DNA of 63,881 nt, filler included. It is 7 parts of 7 records of this genome, joined end to end, with 100 filler letters (N's around TTAATTAATTAA, not from the genome) between each part and the next. Parts side by side here need not be neighbours in the genome. Positions count along the whole stretch, not along the records: positions 1 to 10,338 come from SRR2962707_4503; positions 10,439 to 18,668 come from SRR2962707_4504; positions 18,769 to 25,577 come from SRR2962707_4509; 4 more parts are not named here. One strand, 5' to 3'. Under the pieces are notes generated by a model. It worked only from the letters and a program-made list of their open reading frames with translations, was not told the origin of the DNA and searched no databases. Made by a program: the position numbers and the translations under genes. Within the stretch, counting starts at the first letter, position 1; the number at the start of each line of letters is the position of its first letter. This document shows, piece after piece, positions 9,593 through 20,264 of this stretch.

Positions 9593-10338
9593 TTAAGCGC
9601 TACGGTAGAGTTTGGTCAACACGAACTGGCGATGGCCAAGTGCTTCTGCCGCCGTCTGACGGCCGTTGCAGGTCCGCATCGTGATGTCGATCAGCCCGTC
9701 GCCGGCCTGGTCGAAGTTCATTTCGCGGCGAAGGATACCCGAGCAGTCGAAGTCGATATGCTCGCGCATGGTCCGCACGGTCCGCGGGTTTGCGGTCAGC
9801 TTGATCACCGGCTCGATCGGGTTTCCGACGACGTTGCCCTGCCCTGTCGGGAACAGATGCACGACGAAACCGGCAGCCGCCTGCAGGGTCACGCATTCGG
9901 CAGCAGCCGAAGACGTATCCATGAAGTAGAGACCGGCACCCTTTGTTGGGTCTTCGGCCGGGCCGAGGACATCAACATACTTCGCTTTCTTGCCGATTTT
10001 CTCCAGGTTGCCAAAGGCTTTTTCCTCGATGGTGGTCAGACCACCTTCGATGTTGCCCTTGGTCGGCTGACTGTCGGAAAGATCGGACGTCTTGAACGGC
10101 TCAATAACCTCATCCATGTAGGCCTGCCAGGTCTTCATGAATTTCTCGCCGGCAGCTTTGGTTTTACCGCGCGTTGCGCAAACCATTTCCGCACCGGTGA
10201 TTTCAGAGGTTTCACCAAAGCACGTGGTCGCACCCCAGGCATCCATCTTGTCGATGAAGTTGCCGACAGTCGGGTTTGAAGCAAGGCCTGACGTGGTATC
10301 GGATTCACCGCATTTGACGGAAACCCAAAGCTCGTCGA
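9593..10338 (-). CDS. suyB: UxaA-family hydro-lyase C-terminal part, probable sulfolactate sulfo-lyase beta subunit (5' truncated)
   Basis: The frame is open to the contig edge: [63 protein letters not shown]-terminus LYRSA. Confidence 0.8.
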
Positions 10339-10438
10339 NNNNNNNNNNNNNNNNNNNNNNNNNNNNNNNNNNNNNNNNNNNNTTAATTAATTAANNNNNN
10401 NNNNNNNNNNNNNNNNNNNNNNNNNNNNNNNNNNNNNN
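10339..10438. other. Artificial contig spacer
   Basis: 44 N + TTAATTAATTAA (stops in all frames) + 44 N. Confidence 0.99.
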
Positions 10439-11188
10439 GTAGATGGACTGGTCGTCATCGCCCACCACGGTAAACGCCGCCCGCTCGGCCACCAGCTGTT
10501 TTACGAGCTCGTACTGGCACACGTTGGTGTCCTGGTACTCATCCACCAGCATGTAGCGGATTTTCCGGCGCCACTTGGCAAGCACTTCCGGGTTGTCCCG
10601 GAACAGCTGCACCGGCAGCAGAATCAGGTCGTCGAAATCCACCGCGTTGTAGGCTTTCAGGTATTCGTTGTAGTGCTTGTAAACGATGGCAATGCGCTGC
10701 TCACGCTCGTCTGCCGCTTTGCTGTAGGCCTCCGCAGGGCTGCGCATGGCGTTCTTCCAGGACGAGATGGTCATCTGCACATCGTTCAGCTCGTCGCCGG
10801 CCTCGGCGCTGGCTTCGCGCATCATCAGATCCTGCAGCAGCGCCTTGGCATCTTCGGCGTCGAAAATGGAGAAGCCTGGGTGGTAGCCCAGGTGGGTGTG
10901 CTCCTCCCGGATCATGTTCAGGCCAAGATTGTGAAATGTTGATACGATCAGGCCCCGGGTTTTGCCCCGGTCGACAATGCGGCCCACACGCTCTTTCATC
11001 TCCCGGGCGGCTTTGTTGGTAAAGGTGACGGCGGCAATGTGTCGCCCCGGGATGCCCAGTTCCTCAATCAGATAGGCAATCTTGCGGGTAATCACGCTGG
11101 TTTTGCCGCTGCCGGCACCGGCCAGCACCAGCAGGGGGCCGTCGGCGTAGCGTACCGCTTCATGTTGTCTGGGATTGAGCTTGTTCAC
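10439..11188 (-). CDS. rep: ATP-dependent DNA helicase Rep (3' truncated)
   Basis: LNPRQ, LAGAGSGKT.VITRKIAYLI, TFTNKAAREMKER, DFDDL, VDEYQDTN and VVGDDDQSIY. Confidence 0.93.
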
Positions 11189-11334
11189 AGTGTTGGTGCC
11201 AAAGGGGAACGGGGCATGGGTTTTTAGCGTCTGGCTATTCTACACCAGGCCGGCATGCTGTACCTTGCCGATCTATCAGCTATTCTTTATGTAATGGACT
11301 ACGCTGTTCTGTACCGATATATGGATCTCGCCAG

Positions 11335-13068
11335 ATGACACTGCCCACCGACACCAGGCCTGATTGTTTGCGCCTTCTGGTGCTGACACCGGAATACGCC
11401 GACTATCTCTGGTTCAGCGCCATGCTCGCGGATGATTCCGAAATCTGCAGTGACGCCACCTGGTGCCCGGATCTGGTGGACTGTGATGATCTTATTTCCA
11501 ACGCCAGCTTCGATGTGATCGTGTGGGACTGCGTGTTCCATGGCGGCTCGGAAGCGTCGTTTCTGCAATATCTGTCGGTATCCAGTGAGGACAAACCCAT
11601 TCTGGCCATGAGCGCCGAATCCTGCGGAGAAAAAGCCCGGTACCTGGTTGAAAATGGTGCATCGGACTATCTGAGCCGCCGCGAGTTAGATCCCTGGAAT
11701 TTCCGACGCTCCATCAAATGCCTGTGGTACCGCTCCCAGCTCACGCAGTCGGCAAATGGCCAGCTTGGCCGTGAAGTGGCCACCGGCTTCATCAACCGGG
11801 ACCTGTTCTTCGATCGGTTGCAGCAGGCGGTGCTGAGGGCTGAGCGGGCGAATCATCGCCTGGCTCTGTTGCACCTGAATATCGATGATTTCCGTAACAT
11901 CAACGAATCCTTTGGTTACCAGAAGAGTGATCAGCTCATGCTTCGGCTGGCAGAGCGGCTCCGGCAGACGTTGCGACGGGTGGACTCGTTGATGCGCATC
12001 GGTGGTGACGAACTGGCCATCATCGTCGAGAAAGTGGAAGACTCGCTGGATATCACCCAGATCATTCGCAAGGTGGTCTCGGCGCTGGATGAGCCGGTGA
12101 TGGTGGATGGCCAGAATGTGGTGGTCAGCGCCAGCCTGGGCGTGGCCACCTATCCGGAGGCCGGTGACAGCCCGGAAGAACTGCTCCGGCGGGCTAACCG
12201 TGCGATGTTCGAAGCCAAACGCGATCCGGGTACCAGTTACCGGTTTTACGACCGGCAGCTGCACATTTCCGCAGGCTATCAGCTCCGGCTCGAAGCCGAC
12301 CTTCGCAATGCCCTGCGGGGCAAGGAACTGGAGCTGTATTATCAGCCACGGATTGACCTCGCGACCGAGGAGGTGCGAGGGGTCGAGTGCCTGTTGCGCT
12401 GGAATCACCCGGAGCGCGGCCTGGTGGGTCCCGATGAGTTTATCCCGGTGGCCGAGCGCAGTGGTCTGATTGTGCCCATCGGCTACTGGGTTATCGAGCA
12501 GGCCTGCAAGCGCTTGCAGGAATCCACCGAGCTGGGCTTTCCCGGACTGGTGTTTGCGGTCAACCTGTCGTTCCGGCAGTTCCACGATCGCAAGATGACC
12601 GAAACCATCTTTCGTATCATCTTCAATGCCAACGTCGATACCAGCCTGCTGGAACTGGAGCTGACCGAAAGCGCCATGATGCACGACCCGGAATACGCCC
12701 AGCGCTGCCTGCGGGAGCTCAATCAGTTGGGCATCAGTTTTGCGCTGGACGATTTCGGTACTGGCTTTTCCTCCCTGAGCAATCTGCAGCACCTGCCAAT
12801 CTCGCTGGTGAAGATCGACAAGTCCTTTGTCCAGGAACTGGGCCAGTCTGCCGATGCCGAGCATATTATCCGGGCCATTATCAGTCTGGCTCACAGCCTG
12901 CAGATCAGCGTGGTGGCCGAAGGGGTGGAAACCGAAGGCCAGCTGGAATTCCTGCGCCAGCAACACTGCGACGAAATCCAGGGCTACTATTACGCCCGCC
13001 CGATGCCCTGGAACGATCTGGTGCAATTCATGAACCGCCAGAACCAGTCCGCTTGCCTGCAGAAGTAA
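11335..13068 (+). CDS. Receiver-like + GGDEF + EAL c-di-GMP enzyme
   Basis: [44 protein letters not shown] and VVAEGVE. The N-terminal REC-like domain is degenerate. Confidence 0.9.
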   Translation: MTLPTDTRPDCLRLLVLTPEYADYLWFSAMLADDSEICSDATWCPDLVDCDDLISNASFDVIVWDCVFHGGSEASFLQYLSVSSEDKPILAMSAESCGEKARYLVENGASDYLSRRELDPWNFRRSIKCLWYRSQLTQSANGQLGREVATGFINRDLFFDRLQQAVLRAERANHRLALLHLNIDDFRNINESFGYQKSDQLMLRLAERLRQTLRRVDSLMRIGGDELAIIVEKVEDSLDITQIIRKVVSALDEPVMVDGQNVVVSASLGVATYPEAGDSPEELLRRANRAMFEAKRDPGTSYRFYDRQLHISAGYQLRLEADLRNALRGKELELYYQPRIDLATEEVRGVECLLRWNHPERGLVGPDEFIPVAERSGLIVPIGYWVIEQACKRLQESTELGFPGLVFAVNLSFRQFHDRKMTETIFRIIFNANVDTSLLELELTESAMMHDPEYAQRCLRELNQLGISFALDDFGTGFSSLSNLQHLPISLVKIDKSFVQELGQSADAEHIIRAIISLAHSLQISVVAEGVETEGQLEFLRQQHCDEIQGYYYARPMPWNDLVQFMNRQNQSACLQK

Positions 13069-13120
13069 GCCGCTGTACCTTTGCGCATTAATTCCGAATG
13101 CGATACCAGATCGAGGCAGC

Positions 13121-15445
13121 ATGAACAGTATTTCCCGGCGCATTGCCGAAGAGCTCGGCGTACGTGAACAGCAGGTTAATGCCACCGTTACCCTTCTTGA
13201 TGAAGGCGCTACCGTTCCCTTTATTGCACGCTACCGAAAAGAAGTAACGGGTTCCCTGGACGACAGCCAGCTGCGGACTCTGGAAGAGCGGTTACGCTAT
13301 CTGCGTGAGCTGGAAGACCGCCGGGGCACCATCCTCAACAGCATTGAGGAACAGGGCAAGCTGACCGACGAGCTGCGGGCCTCCATCGAAGCTGCCGACA
13401 CCAAGAACCGCCTGGAAGACCTTTACCTGCCCTACAAACCCAAGCGCCGCACCAAGGCGCAGATTGCCCGGGAAGCAGGCCTGGAGCCACTGGCCGATAC
13501 CCTCTACGACGATCCCACCCAGGATCCGGAAACCGTCGCTGCCGGTTACCTCAATCCGGAAGCCGGCGTTGAGGATGTCAAAGCCGCTCTGGACGGTGCC
13601 CGCTACATTCTGATGGAGCGTTTTGCCGAAGATGCCGAGCTGCTTGGCGCCCTGCGCGATTTCGTCTGGCAGGAGGGCCAGCTGAAAGTCACTGTGGTGG
13701 AAGGCAAGGAAAACGAAGGCGCCAAGTTCCGGGATTACTTCGACCACGTTGAACCGCTGAGAAAAGTTCCGTCGCACCGGGCGCTGGCCATTCTTCGGGG
13801 CCGCAATGAGGGCATTCTGGCCTATTCGATTGTTATGGGCGATGCTGAGGAGGATCGCCGTCAGCCCCATCCCGCCGAGCAGCGAATTGCCGCCCACTGG
13901 CGCATTCGGGATAACGGCCGGGCCGCCGACAAATGGTTGTCGGATGTGGTGCGCTGGACCTGGCGCGTGAAGTTGTCGACACAGATTGAAACCGATCTGA
14001 TCGCCCAGGTGCGTGAAGCGGCTGAAACCGAAGCCATCAACGTTTTTGCTGCCAACCTGAAAGATCTGCTCCTGCTCGCTCCGGCAGGTCCGCGGCCAAC
14101 GCTGGGGCTTGATCCCGGCCTGCGTACCGGGGTCAAGGTGGCGGTAATCGACGGTACCGGCCAGGTAGTGGATCACGGCGCCATTTTTCCCCATGCGCCC
14201 CAGAACAAATGGGATCAGTCCATTGCCCAGATGGCAGCCTGGTGTCAGAAGTACAAAATTGAACTGGTGGCTATCGGCAACGGTACCGCCTCCCGGGAAA
14301 CCGAGAAACTGGTGGGCGACCTCTGCAAACGTTACCCCGAACTGAAGCTGGCCCGCATTGTGGTGAATGAGTCCGGGGCATCAATCTATTCCGCCTCGGA
14401 ATTTGCCTCCCGGGAACTGCCGGATCTGGATGTCACCATCCGTGGTGCGGTGTCCATTGCCCGCCGTTTGCAGGATCCGCTGGCCGAGCTGGTGAAAATC
14501 GAGCCCAAGTCTATCGGCGTGGGGCAGTACCAGCACGATGTGTCCCAGGTACAGCTGTCCCGTAGCCTGGATGCGGTCGTTGAGGACTGTGTAAACGGCG
14601 TGGGCGTGGATCTGAATACCGCGTCGGTACCGCTGCTCACCCGGGTGTCTGGCCTGAATCCGAGCATTGCCCAGAACATCGTGGATTTCCGGAACCAGAA
14701 CGGCAAGTTCACCAGTCGCAAACAGCTGCTGAAGGTGTCTCGATTGGGTGATCGCACCTTTGAACAGGCTGCGGGCTTCCTGCGTATCGCCGGGGGCGAA
14801 AACCCTCTGGACCGGTCATCCGTGCATCCGGAAGCCTACGGTGTGGTTGAGGCCATTGCTGAGCGAAATGGCAAGAGGGTGGAGGATATCCTTGGCGATT
14901 CCGCGTTCCTGCGCAGTCTTAACCCACAGGACTACGTAACCGAGCAGTTCGGCCTGCCGACCATCAAGGACATTATCTCCGAGCTGGAAAAACCGGGCCG
15001 GGACCCGCGACCGGAATTCCGCTTTGCCCATTTCGAGGAAGGGGTGGAAACCCTCAACGACCTCAAACCCGGTATGGTGCTGGAGGGCTCGGTAACCAAC
15101 GTCACCAACTTCGGTGCCTTTGTGGATATCGGCGTTCACCAGGATGGCCTGGTGCACATCTCGGCCTTGTCCCATACTTTCGTGAAAGATCCGAGAGAAG
15201 TGGTCAAGGCCGGTGACATCGTCAAGGTCAAAGTGATGGAAGTGGACATTCCCCGTAAGCGGATTGGCCTGTCCATGCGTATGGATGACCAGCCGGGGGC
15301 GGACAACAAGCCAGTCCGGGGCGCAGACCGGAACTCTGGCCGCAGTGCAGGGCGCAAACCTCAGGCCGGCCAGGGCGCACCTCAAGGTGCCATGGCTGGC
15401 GCTCTGGCTCAGGCTATGGCCTCTGCCCGTAAGAACGGCCGTTAA
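13121..15445 (+). CDS. tex: Tex-family RNA-binding transcriptional accessory protein
   Basis: [34 protein letters not shown] and C-terminal S1 domain ([18 protein letters not shown]). Confidence 0.96.
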   Translation: MNSISRRIAEELGVREQQVNATVTLLDEGATVPFIARYRKEVTGSLDDSQLRTLEERLRYLRELEDRRGTILNSIEEQGKLTDELRASIEAADTKNRLEDLYLPYKPKRRTKAQIAREAGLEPLADTLYDDPTQDPETVAAGYLNPEAGVEDVKAALDGARYILMERFAEDAELLGALRDFVWQEGQLKVTVVEGKENEGAKFRDYFDHVEPLRKVPSHRALAILRGRNEGILAYSIVMGDAEEDRRQPHPAEQRIAAHWRIRDNGRAADKWLSDVVRWTWRVKLSTQIETDLIAQVREAAETEAINVFAANLKDLLLLAPAGPRPTLGLDPGLRTGVKVAVIDGTGQVVDHGAIFPHAPQNKWDQSIAQMAAWCQKYKIELVAIGNGTASRETEKLVGDLCKRYPELKLARIVVNESGASIYSASEFASRELPDLDVTIRGAVSIARRLQDPLAELVKIEPKSIGVGQYQHDVSQVQLSRSLDAVVEDCVNGVGVDLNTASVPLLTRVSGLNPSIAQNIVDFRNQNGKFTSRKQLLKVSRLGDRTFEQAAGFLRIAGGENPLDRSSVHPEAYGVVEAIAERNGKRVEDILGDSAFLRSLNPQDYVTEQFGLPTIKDIISELEKPGRDPRPEFRFAHFEEGVETLNDLKPGMVLEGSVTNVTNFGAFVDIGVHQDGLVHISALSHTFVKDPREVVKAGDIVKVKVMEVDIPRKRIGLSMRMDDQPGADNKPVRGADRNSGRSAGRKPQAGQGAPQGAMAGALAQAMASARKNGR

Positions 15446-15462
15446 CCCCTTCCACTGATTCA

Positions 15463-15495
15463 CAGCCGTTACGTCTCACAAGGGCGTAACGGCTG
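15463..15495 (+). terminator. Intergenic hairpin between tex and gshA
   Basis: CAGCCGTTACG...CGTAACGGCTG 11-bp inverted repeat. There is no U-tract, so it may stabilise RNA rather than terminate. Confidence 0.4.
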
Positions 15496-15510
15496 CAACA
15501 GGAGCTCAAC

Positions 15511-17067
15511 ATGGCACAATCCCGCCACTCCCTGTTCCAACAGTTTGCCGCCAGTGACTGGGACGGTTTCCTCAAAGGGGTCGAAAAGGAAGGCCTGCGC
15601 GTCGATGCCAATGGCTTCATTGCCCAGACACCACATCCGGAAGCCCTGGGCTCCGCACTGACCCACCCCCGTATCACGACCGACTACTCGGAAGCCCTGC
15701 TGGAACTGATCACGCCGGTCTTCGACAATACTGAAGCTATGCTGGCCTCGTTGCGGGATATACATCGGTTCGTCCAGCAGAACCTGGATAACGAAGTGTT
15801 CTGGGCCGCGAGCATGCCCTGCGAGATTGACGGCGATGCCAGCATTCCCATTGCCGAGTACGGCAGCTCCAACACTGGCCGGCTCAAGCATGTGTATCGT
15901 CAGGGTCTGGCGGTGCGTTATGGCCGGATTATGCAGAGTATTGCCGGCGCCCATTACAATCTTTCCCTGCCGGACAGTTTCTGGCGCAAATGGCAGGAAC
16001 TGGTGGGCAACAAGGATAGCCTCAGGGATTTCAAATCAGACCAGTACTTCTGGCTGATCCGGAATTTCCGCCGCCGCAGCTGGTTGCTGATGCTGCTGTT
16101 TGGCGCCTCGCCGGCACTGGATGCCAGTTTTGTGGCCGGCGTCCGGCACGACCTGGCACGGTTCGATGATCGCACCTGGTTTGGCCAGCACGCCACGTCT
16201 TTGCGCATGGGGGATCTGGGTTACCACAACAATGCCCAGGCCTCGCTGAATATCTGCTTCAATGAGCTGAGCACTTATACCCGGACACTGGATCGCGCCA
16301 TCCACACCAACTGGCCAGCGTATGAAGCCATTGGCACCCGGCGCAATGGCGAGTTTGTCCAGATCAATACCAATGTGCTTCAGATTGAGAACGAGTACTA
16401 CAGCGCGGTACGTCCCAAGCGCACCACCGAGCGGGGTGAAAAGCCGATCCAGGCTCTGGATGCCCGGGGTGTGGAATACATTGAGGTGCGTTGTCTGGAC
16501 CTGGATCCGTTCTCGCCGGTGGGCGTGAACCGCGAGCAGATCGATTTCCTCGACCTGTTCCTGCTGGATTGCCTGCTCACCGATTCTCCCCGTATTGAAG
16601 ACGATGAGTGCGAACGGCTTGATGACAATTACAAGGACGTCGTCGCCAGCGGTCGCCTGCATTCACTCAGTCTGTGCCGGGGTGGACAGCGTGTGCCTGT
16701 GGGCGAGGCCGCCGTTGAATGGCTGGAGCGCTTGCAGCCCCTGGCAGAGCTGCTGGATGGCTGGAATCATAGCGATACCTACAGGTCGGCGCTGGCGGCT
16801 CAACGGTCGAAACTCGAGGGCAATGATTGGGCGGTGCCTTCCGCTCGAGTGCTTGAGGCCATGGGGCAGTCAGGCCTGGGCCATCGCGACTGGGTGCAGG
16901 CGATATCCCGTGAACACCAGCAAACCCTGAATTCGGAGCCACTGGCACCGGAGGTGCTGGCGGACTTCCGTGCCATGAGTGCGCAGTCCCTGGTCGAGCA
17001 GAAAGAGCAGGAAGCTGCGGACAGTCAGCCATTTCCGGAGTTTCTGGAGGCCTACCTGAAATCCTGA
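15511..17067 (+). CDS. gshA: Glutamate--cysteine ligase
   Basis: GVEKEGLRV, ITTDYSEALLELITP, ATSLRMGDLGY, LQIENEYYS.VRPKR and GVEYIEVRCLD. Confidence 0.96.
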   Translation: MAQSRHSLFQQFAASDWDGFLKGVEKEGLRVDANGFIAQTPHPEALGSALTHPRITTDYSEALLELITPVFDNTEAMLASLRDIHRFVQQNLDNEVFWAASMPCEIDGDASIPIAEYGSSNTGRLKHVYRQGLAVRYGRIMQSIAGAHYNLSLPDSFWRKWQELVGNKDSLRDFKSDQYFWLIRNFRRRSWLLMLLFGASPALDASFVAGVRHDLARFDDRTWFGQHATSLRMGDLGYHNNAQASLNICFNELSTYTRTLDRAIHTNWPAYEAIGTRRNGEFVQINTNVLQIENEYYSAVRPKRTTERGEKPIQALDARGVEYIEVRCLDLDPFSPVGVNREQIDFLDLFLLDCLLTDSPRIEDDECERLDDNYKDVVASGRLHSLSLCRGGQRVPVGEAAVEWLERLQPLAELLDGWNHSDTYRSALAAQRSKLEGNDWAVPSARVLEAMGQSGLGHRDWVQAISREHQQTLNSEPLAPEVLADFRAMSAQSLVEQKEQEAADSQPFPEFLEAYLKS

Positions 17068-17074
17068 CGCCGCT

Positions 17075-17104
17075 TGCGTCACGTCCGGAAAGGGACGTGA
17101 CGCA
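17075..17104 (+). terminator. Hairpin after gshA
   Basis: TGCGTCACGTCC-GGAAAG-GGACGTGACGCA perfect 12-bp stem. Confidence 0.5.
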
Positions 17105-17178
17105 CAGAACCGGCTGTCCGGTTTGCTGGATCTGTTACCTGCTGTTACTTTCTATTACATCAGGTAAGGAGGTGGCCC

Positions 17179-17394
17179 ATGGCAACGGATATCAAGCTCG
17201 GCTGGGATGTAGAAGCATTGAATAAGGCCTACCGGCAGGGATACATGGCCGGAGAGATGGGCATGGACAAAACCCGCTGTCCATACCGTGGTGAGGTCAT
17301 TATTGCCGCCTGGGAAGCCGGTTGGGATGATGCCGGTCAGGCCCGGAAACAGCGCCCGCAACAGGATGACGATCTGTTCTCACGCATCGCCTGA
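17179..17394 (+). CDS. Ribosome modulation factor (RMF)-like small protein
   Basis: AAGGAGG RBS at 17166-17172. The core L.KAY.QGY.AG..G.....CPY.......W..GW matches the RMF pattern. Confidence 0.75.
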   Translation: MATDIKLGWDVEALNKAYRQGYMAGEMGMDKTRCPYRGEVIIAAWEAGWDDAGQARKQRPQQDDDLFSRIA

Positions 17395-17424
17395 TCCCGC
17401 GCCACCGCCCGGTGGATGCGGCAA

Positions 17425-17880
17425 CTAGCGCTGAACCACAAACTCGGTAAACAGCACTCCGGTAATGGTCTCACCGGTTTGCTGCTCCTCCAGCACTCCG
17501 TTTATCCGTTTGGTTGCTTCTTCCCGCAGCGCCTGCTGGCCGTCCATGGAAGACAATTGGTCAAGATCCGTCTGCTCACCAAACAGCATCACCAGTTCGT
17601 GCCGTAACCTGGGCATGTGCGCTTCTACCGCCGGCCGGGTGGTTTCGCGGGAGGCCCGGATGGTTACCGAGGCTTTGAGATAGGCCACTTTCGCATCTGG
17701 TTTGCCGACATGGGTGACGAACGCCGGTTCCATGGCGATATAGTCGGTAACCCCCTTCACTTCGGTTTCTTCATCAGCTTCCTCGGCCATGGCGGGCAGG
17801 GAGGGCATCAGTGCGCACAGGGTCAGTAACAGGGCCGGCATCAGTTTTCTGAGAATGGTCATAGGCTTGGCGTTAGTCAT
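17425..17880 (-). CDS. fliL: FliL-family protein (stand-alone, outside a flagellar operon)
   Basis: N-terminal hydrophobic segment, PAFVTH, HMPRLRH.LV.L, GQQALREE and C-terminal VLFTEFVVQ. Confidence 0.85.
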   Translation of the reverse strand: MTNAKPMTILRKLMPALLLTLCALMPSLPAMAEEADEETEVKGVTDYIAMEPAFVTHVGKPDAKVAYLKASVTIRASRETTRPAVEAHMPRLRHELVMLFGEQTDLDQLSSMDGQQALREEATKRINGVLEEQQTGETITGVLFTEFVVQR

Positions 17881-17982
17881 GGGTTAGGATTGGTTCAGTA
17901 TTTCATGGCACGCTGGTTTCTCTCTGAGAATATCAGGCCATGGAAGCTTGTGCAGTCCACATCATGATTCCGGGGTAGCGTT

Positions 17983-18489
17983 TTGACAAGCAGATGGATA
18001 TTCGGGTTGGTATTTCTGGTGTGCGCCGGGTTGCTGGCGGTGGCCTTTTATATGGAGCACGTGATGGGCCTGGAGCCCTGCCCGTTGTGCTGGTTGCAGC
18101 GTTTCGGGTTTATGGGTGCGGGGCTGGTGAGTCTGTTGGCGTTTCTGCACGGACCCCGCGGGTTCGGCAACCGGGTCTACGGGCTGTTGCTTGTTGTTGC
18201 CGCTGGCGCTGGTCTGGTGGTGGCGGGGCGTCAGTTATGGTTGCAGAGTCTGCCGGCGGACCAGGTGCCTGCCTGTGGTCCTTCGGTTGATTACATGCTC
18301 GAGGTACTACCCTGGTTTGAAGTGCTGCAAACCGCATTGAAAGGGACTGGTGATTGCGCCGAAGTGGTCTGGCGTTTTCTCGGTCTGAGTATCCCCGGAT
18401 GGACCGCGGTCTTTTTCAGCCTGCTGATTGTGCTGGGGCTGTTTGTGATGCTGCGTCGCTATTCACCCCGGGACTGGTTGCAGAGCTGA
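17983..18489 (+). CDS. dsbB: Disulfide bond formation protein B
   Basis: LEPCPLCWLQR, VPACGP and GTGDCAEV, with four TM helices. Confidence 0.95.
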   Translation: MTSRWIFGLVFLVCAGLLAVAFYMEHVMGLEPCPLCWLQRFGFMGAGLVSLLAFLHGPRGFGNRVYGLLLVVAAGAGLVVAGRQLWLQSLPADQVPACGPSVDYMLEVLPWFEVLQTALKGTGDCAEVVWRFLGLSIPGWTAVFFSLLIVLGLFVMLRRYSPRDWLQS

Positions 18490-18594
18490 AACAGTTGCGG
18501 CTGACCATGACCATGGGGTAACTTGAATCCAACATAATAATTATCAAGACTAGATCCAGAGAGCTGGCGGATTGACCGAGGGGAGACAGGCGTC

Positions 18595-18668
18595 ATGTTG
18601 GAGAATTGCCGGAATGCCAGGGAACGTTGGGGTGGTGTCAGCGAGCTGATTGATCGCTGGCTGAAAGA
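18595..18668 (+). CDS. rsd: Rsd/AlgQ anti-sigma70 factor, N-terminal fragment
   Basis: Not in the ORF track. [24 protein letters not shown] is the characteristic AlgQ/Rsd start. It follows a GGAG RBS and is cut by the contig end. Confidence 0.85.
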
Positions 18669-18768
18669 NNNNNNNNNNNNNNNNNNNNNNNNNNNNNNNN
18701 NNNNNNNNNNNNTTAATTAATTAANNNNNNNNNNNNNNNNNNNNNNNNNNNNNNNNNNNNNNNNNNNN
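18669..18768. other. Artificial contig spacer
   Basis: 44 N + TTAATTAATTAA + 44 N. Confidence 0.99.
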
Positions 18769-19113
18769 ATGGACGAGGCGGAGCGTTGCCACCGCATCCA
18801 CTACATCTCCTATGGCAAGTTGCTGGCAAGTGGCACCGTGCCGGAGGTCATCCGCGATGCCGCATTGACGACCTTCGTGATGGAGGGCGACAGAACCACT
18901 GAAGCCGCACATCTGCTGCTGAATATGGATGGCGTCGATCAGGTTGCTCCGTTCGGGCTGACCCTGCATGTGGTTGGTCACGACAGGGTGGCGCTCAAGG
19001 CTGCGGTCGAAAAAGCCGCATCGGCGACCGGCGTCGATTATCGGGAGGGCAGCACCAGCCTTGAGGATGTGTTTATCCAGTTCATGGGCAAATCGACGGA
19101 CAACATGGCATGA
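18769..19113 (+). CDS. ABC exporter ATP-binding subunit, C-terminal fragment
   Basis: MDEAERCHRI (just after the H-loop) and SLEDVFI. ATGA overlap with the permease. Confidence 0.85.
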   Translation: MDEAERCHRIHYISYGKLLASGTVPEVIRDAALTTFVMEGDRTTEAAHLLLNMDGVDQVAPFGLTLHVVGHDRVALKAAVEKAASATGVDYREGSTSLEDVFIQFMGKSTDNMA

Positions 19114-20246
19114 GCACAATGTTCTCGTTCCGCCGGCTGATGGCCATCATCACCAAGGAGAGCATCCAGATGCGGCGCGACCGGATCACATTCGCGATGA
19201 TGCTGGGTGTGCCGTTGATGCAACTGGTGCTGTTCGGCTTTGCCATCAACAATGATCCCAAGGGCCTGCCCGCGGCGCTGGTGACCACCAGTCAGGACCA
19301 TTATACCCGCGCCATGGTCTCGGCGATGGAGAACACCGGCTACTACCGCTTCAATCATGTGGTGGCGAGTGCTGCCGAAGCGGACCGGTTGATCCAGTCC
19401 GGCGCAGTCTCTTTTGTTGTCACAGTGCCGTCTGATTTTGCCCGCCGGGTGCAGCGCGGCGATCACCCGCAGATCCTGATCGAGGCGGATGCGACAGACC
19501 CGTCGGTGGCGTCGGGTGCGATCTCGACGCTTGGCACCGTCGCCGCACAGGCCCTGCTGCCCGAGCAGTCGGCGGAAGCGGCGGCTGCGGTTCAATCGAC
19601 TGCCGCGCTCGAAGTGGTGGTGCACCGGCTCTACAATCCCGAAGGCATCACCCAGTACAACATCGTGCCGGGTTTGTTGGGCGTGATCCTGCAGCTGACC
19701 ATGGTGATGATGACATCGATGGCGCTGACACGGGAGACCGAGCGTGGCACGATGGAGAACCTGCTGGCCATGCCGGCAAGCCCGCTGGAGATCATGCTGG
19801 GCAAGGTGCTGCCGTTTCTGGTGGTCGGCGGCGTTCAGGTTCTGGTGGTGCTGACGGCGGCCAAATTCCTGTTCAATGTACCGTTTGTCGGCTCGCTGAC
19901 ACTTCTGCTGGTCAGTATCCTGATCTTTGTGTTGGCGCTGGTGCTTCTGGGCTACGCGTTTTCGACGCTGGCGCGAACCCAGATGCAGGCAATGCAGCTG
20001 ACGTTCTTCTTTTTCCTGCCGTCGCTCTTGCTGTCCGGGTTCATGTTTCCCTATCGCGGCATGCCGGACTGGGCACAAATGCTGGGCGAGATTTTTCCGT
20101 TGACGCATTTCCTCAGGATCATCCGTGCCGTCATGCTGAAGGGGGCCGACCTGCAGGGAGTGGCGGCCCCTCTCGCGGCGCTGGTGATCTTCGTCGGGGT
20201 CTTTACGTTGCTCGCGCTCATGCGGTTCCGCCGCACACTGGACTAG
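19110..20246 (+). CDS. ABC-2 type exporter permease (YbhR/YbhS-like)
   Basis: KE..QMRRD, YNIVPGL, RETERGTMENLL..P and LSGFMFP..GMP.W. Confidence 0.9.
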   Translation: MSTMFSFRRLMAIITKESIQMRRDRITFAMMLGVPLMQLVLFGFAINNDPKGLPAALVTTSQDHYTRAMVSAMENTGYYRFNHVVASAAEADRLIQSGAVSFVVTVPSDFARRVQRGDHPQILIEADATDPSVASGAISTLGTVAAQALLPEQSAEAAAAVQSTAALEVVVHRLYNPEGITQYNIVPGLLGVILQLTMVMMTSMALTRETERGTMENLLAMPASPLEIMLGKVLPFLVVGGVQVLVVLTAAKFLFNVPFVGSLTLLLVSILIFVLALVLLGYAFSTLARTQMQAMQLTFFFFLPSLLLSGFMFPYRGMPDWAQMLGEIFPLTHFLRIIRAVMLKGADLQGVAAPLAALVIFVGVFTLLALMRFRRTLD

Positions 20247-20264
20247 AGACGTCGAAACCTCTGC

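Noticed and set aside
10339..10438. TTAATTAATTAA recurring six times as a possible repeat or recombination site
   Set aside because: It is always centred in identical N padding, so it is a synthetic joiner. ORFs running into it are artefacts.
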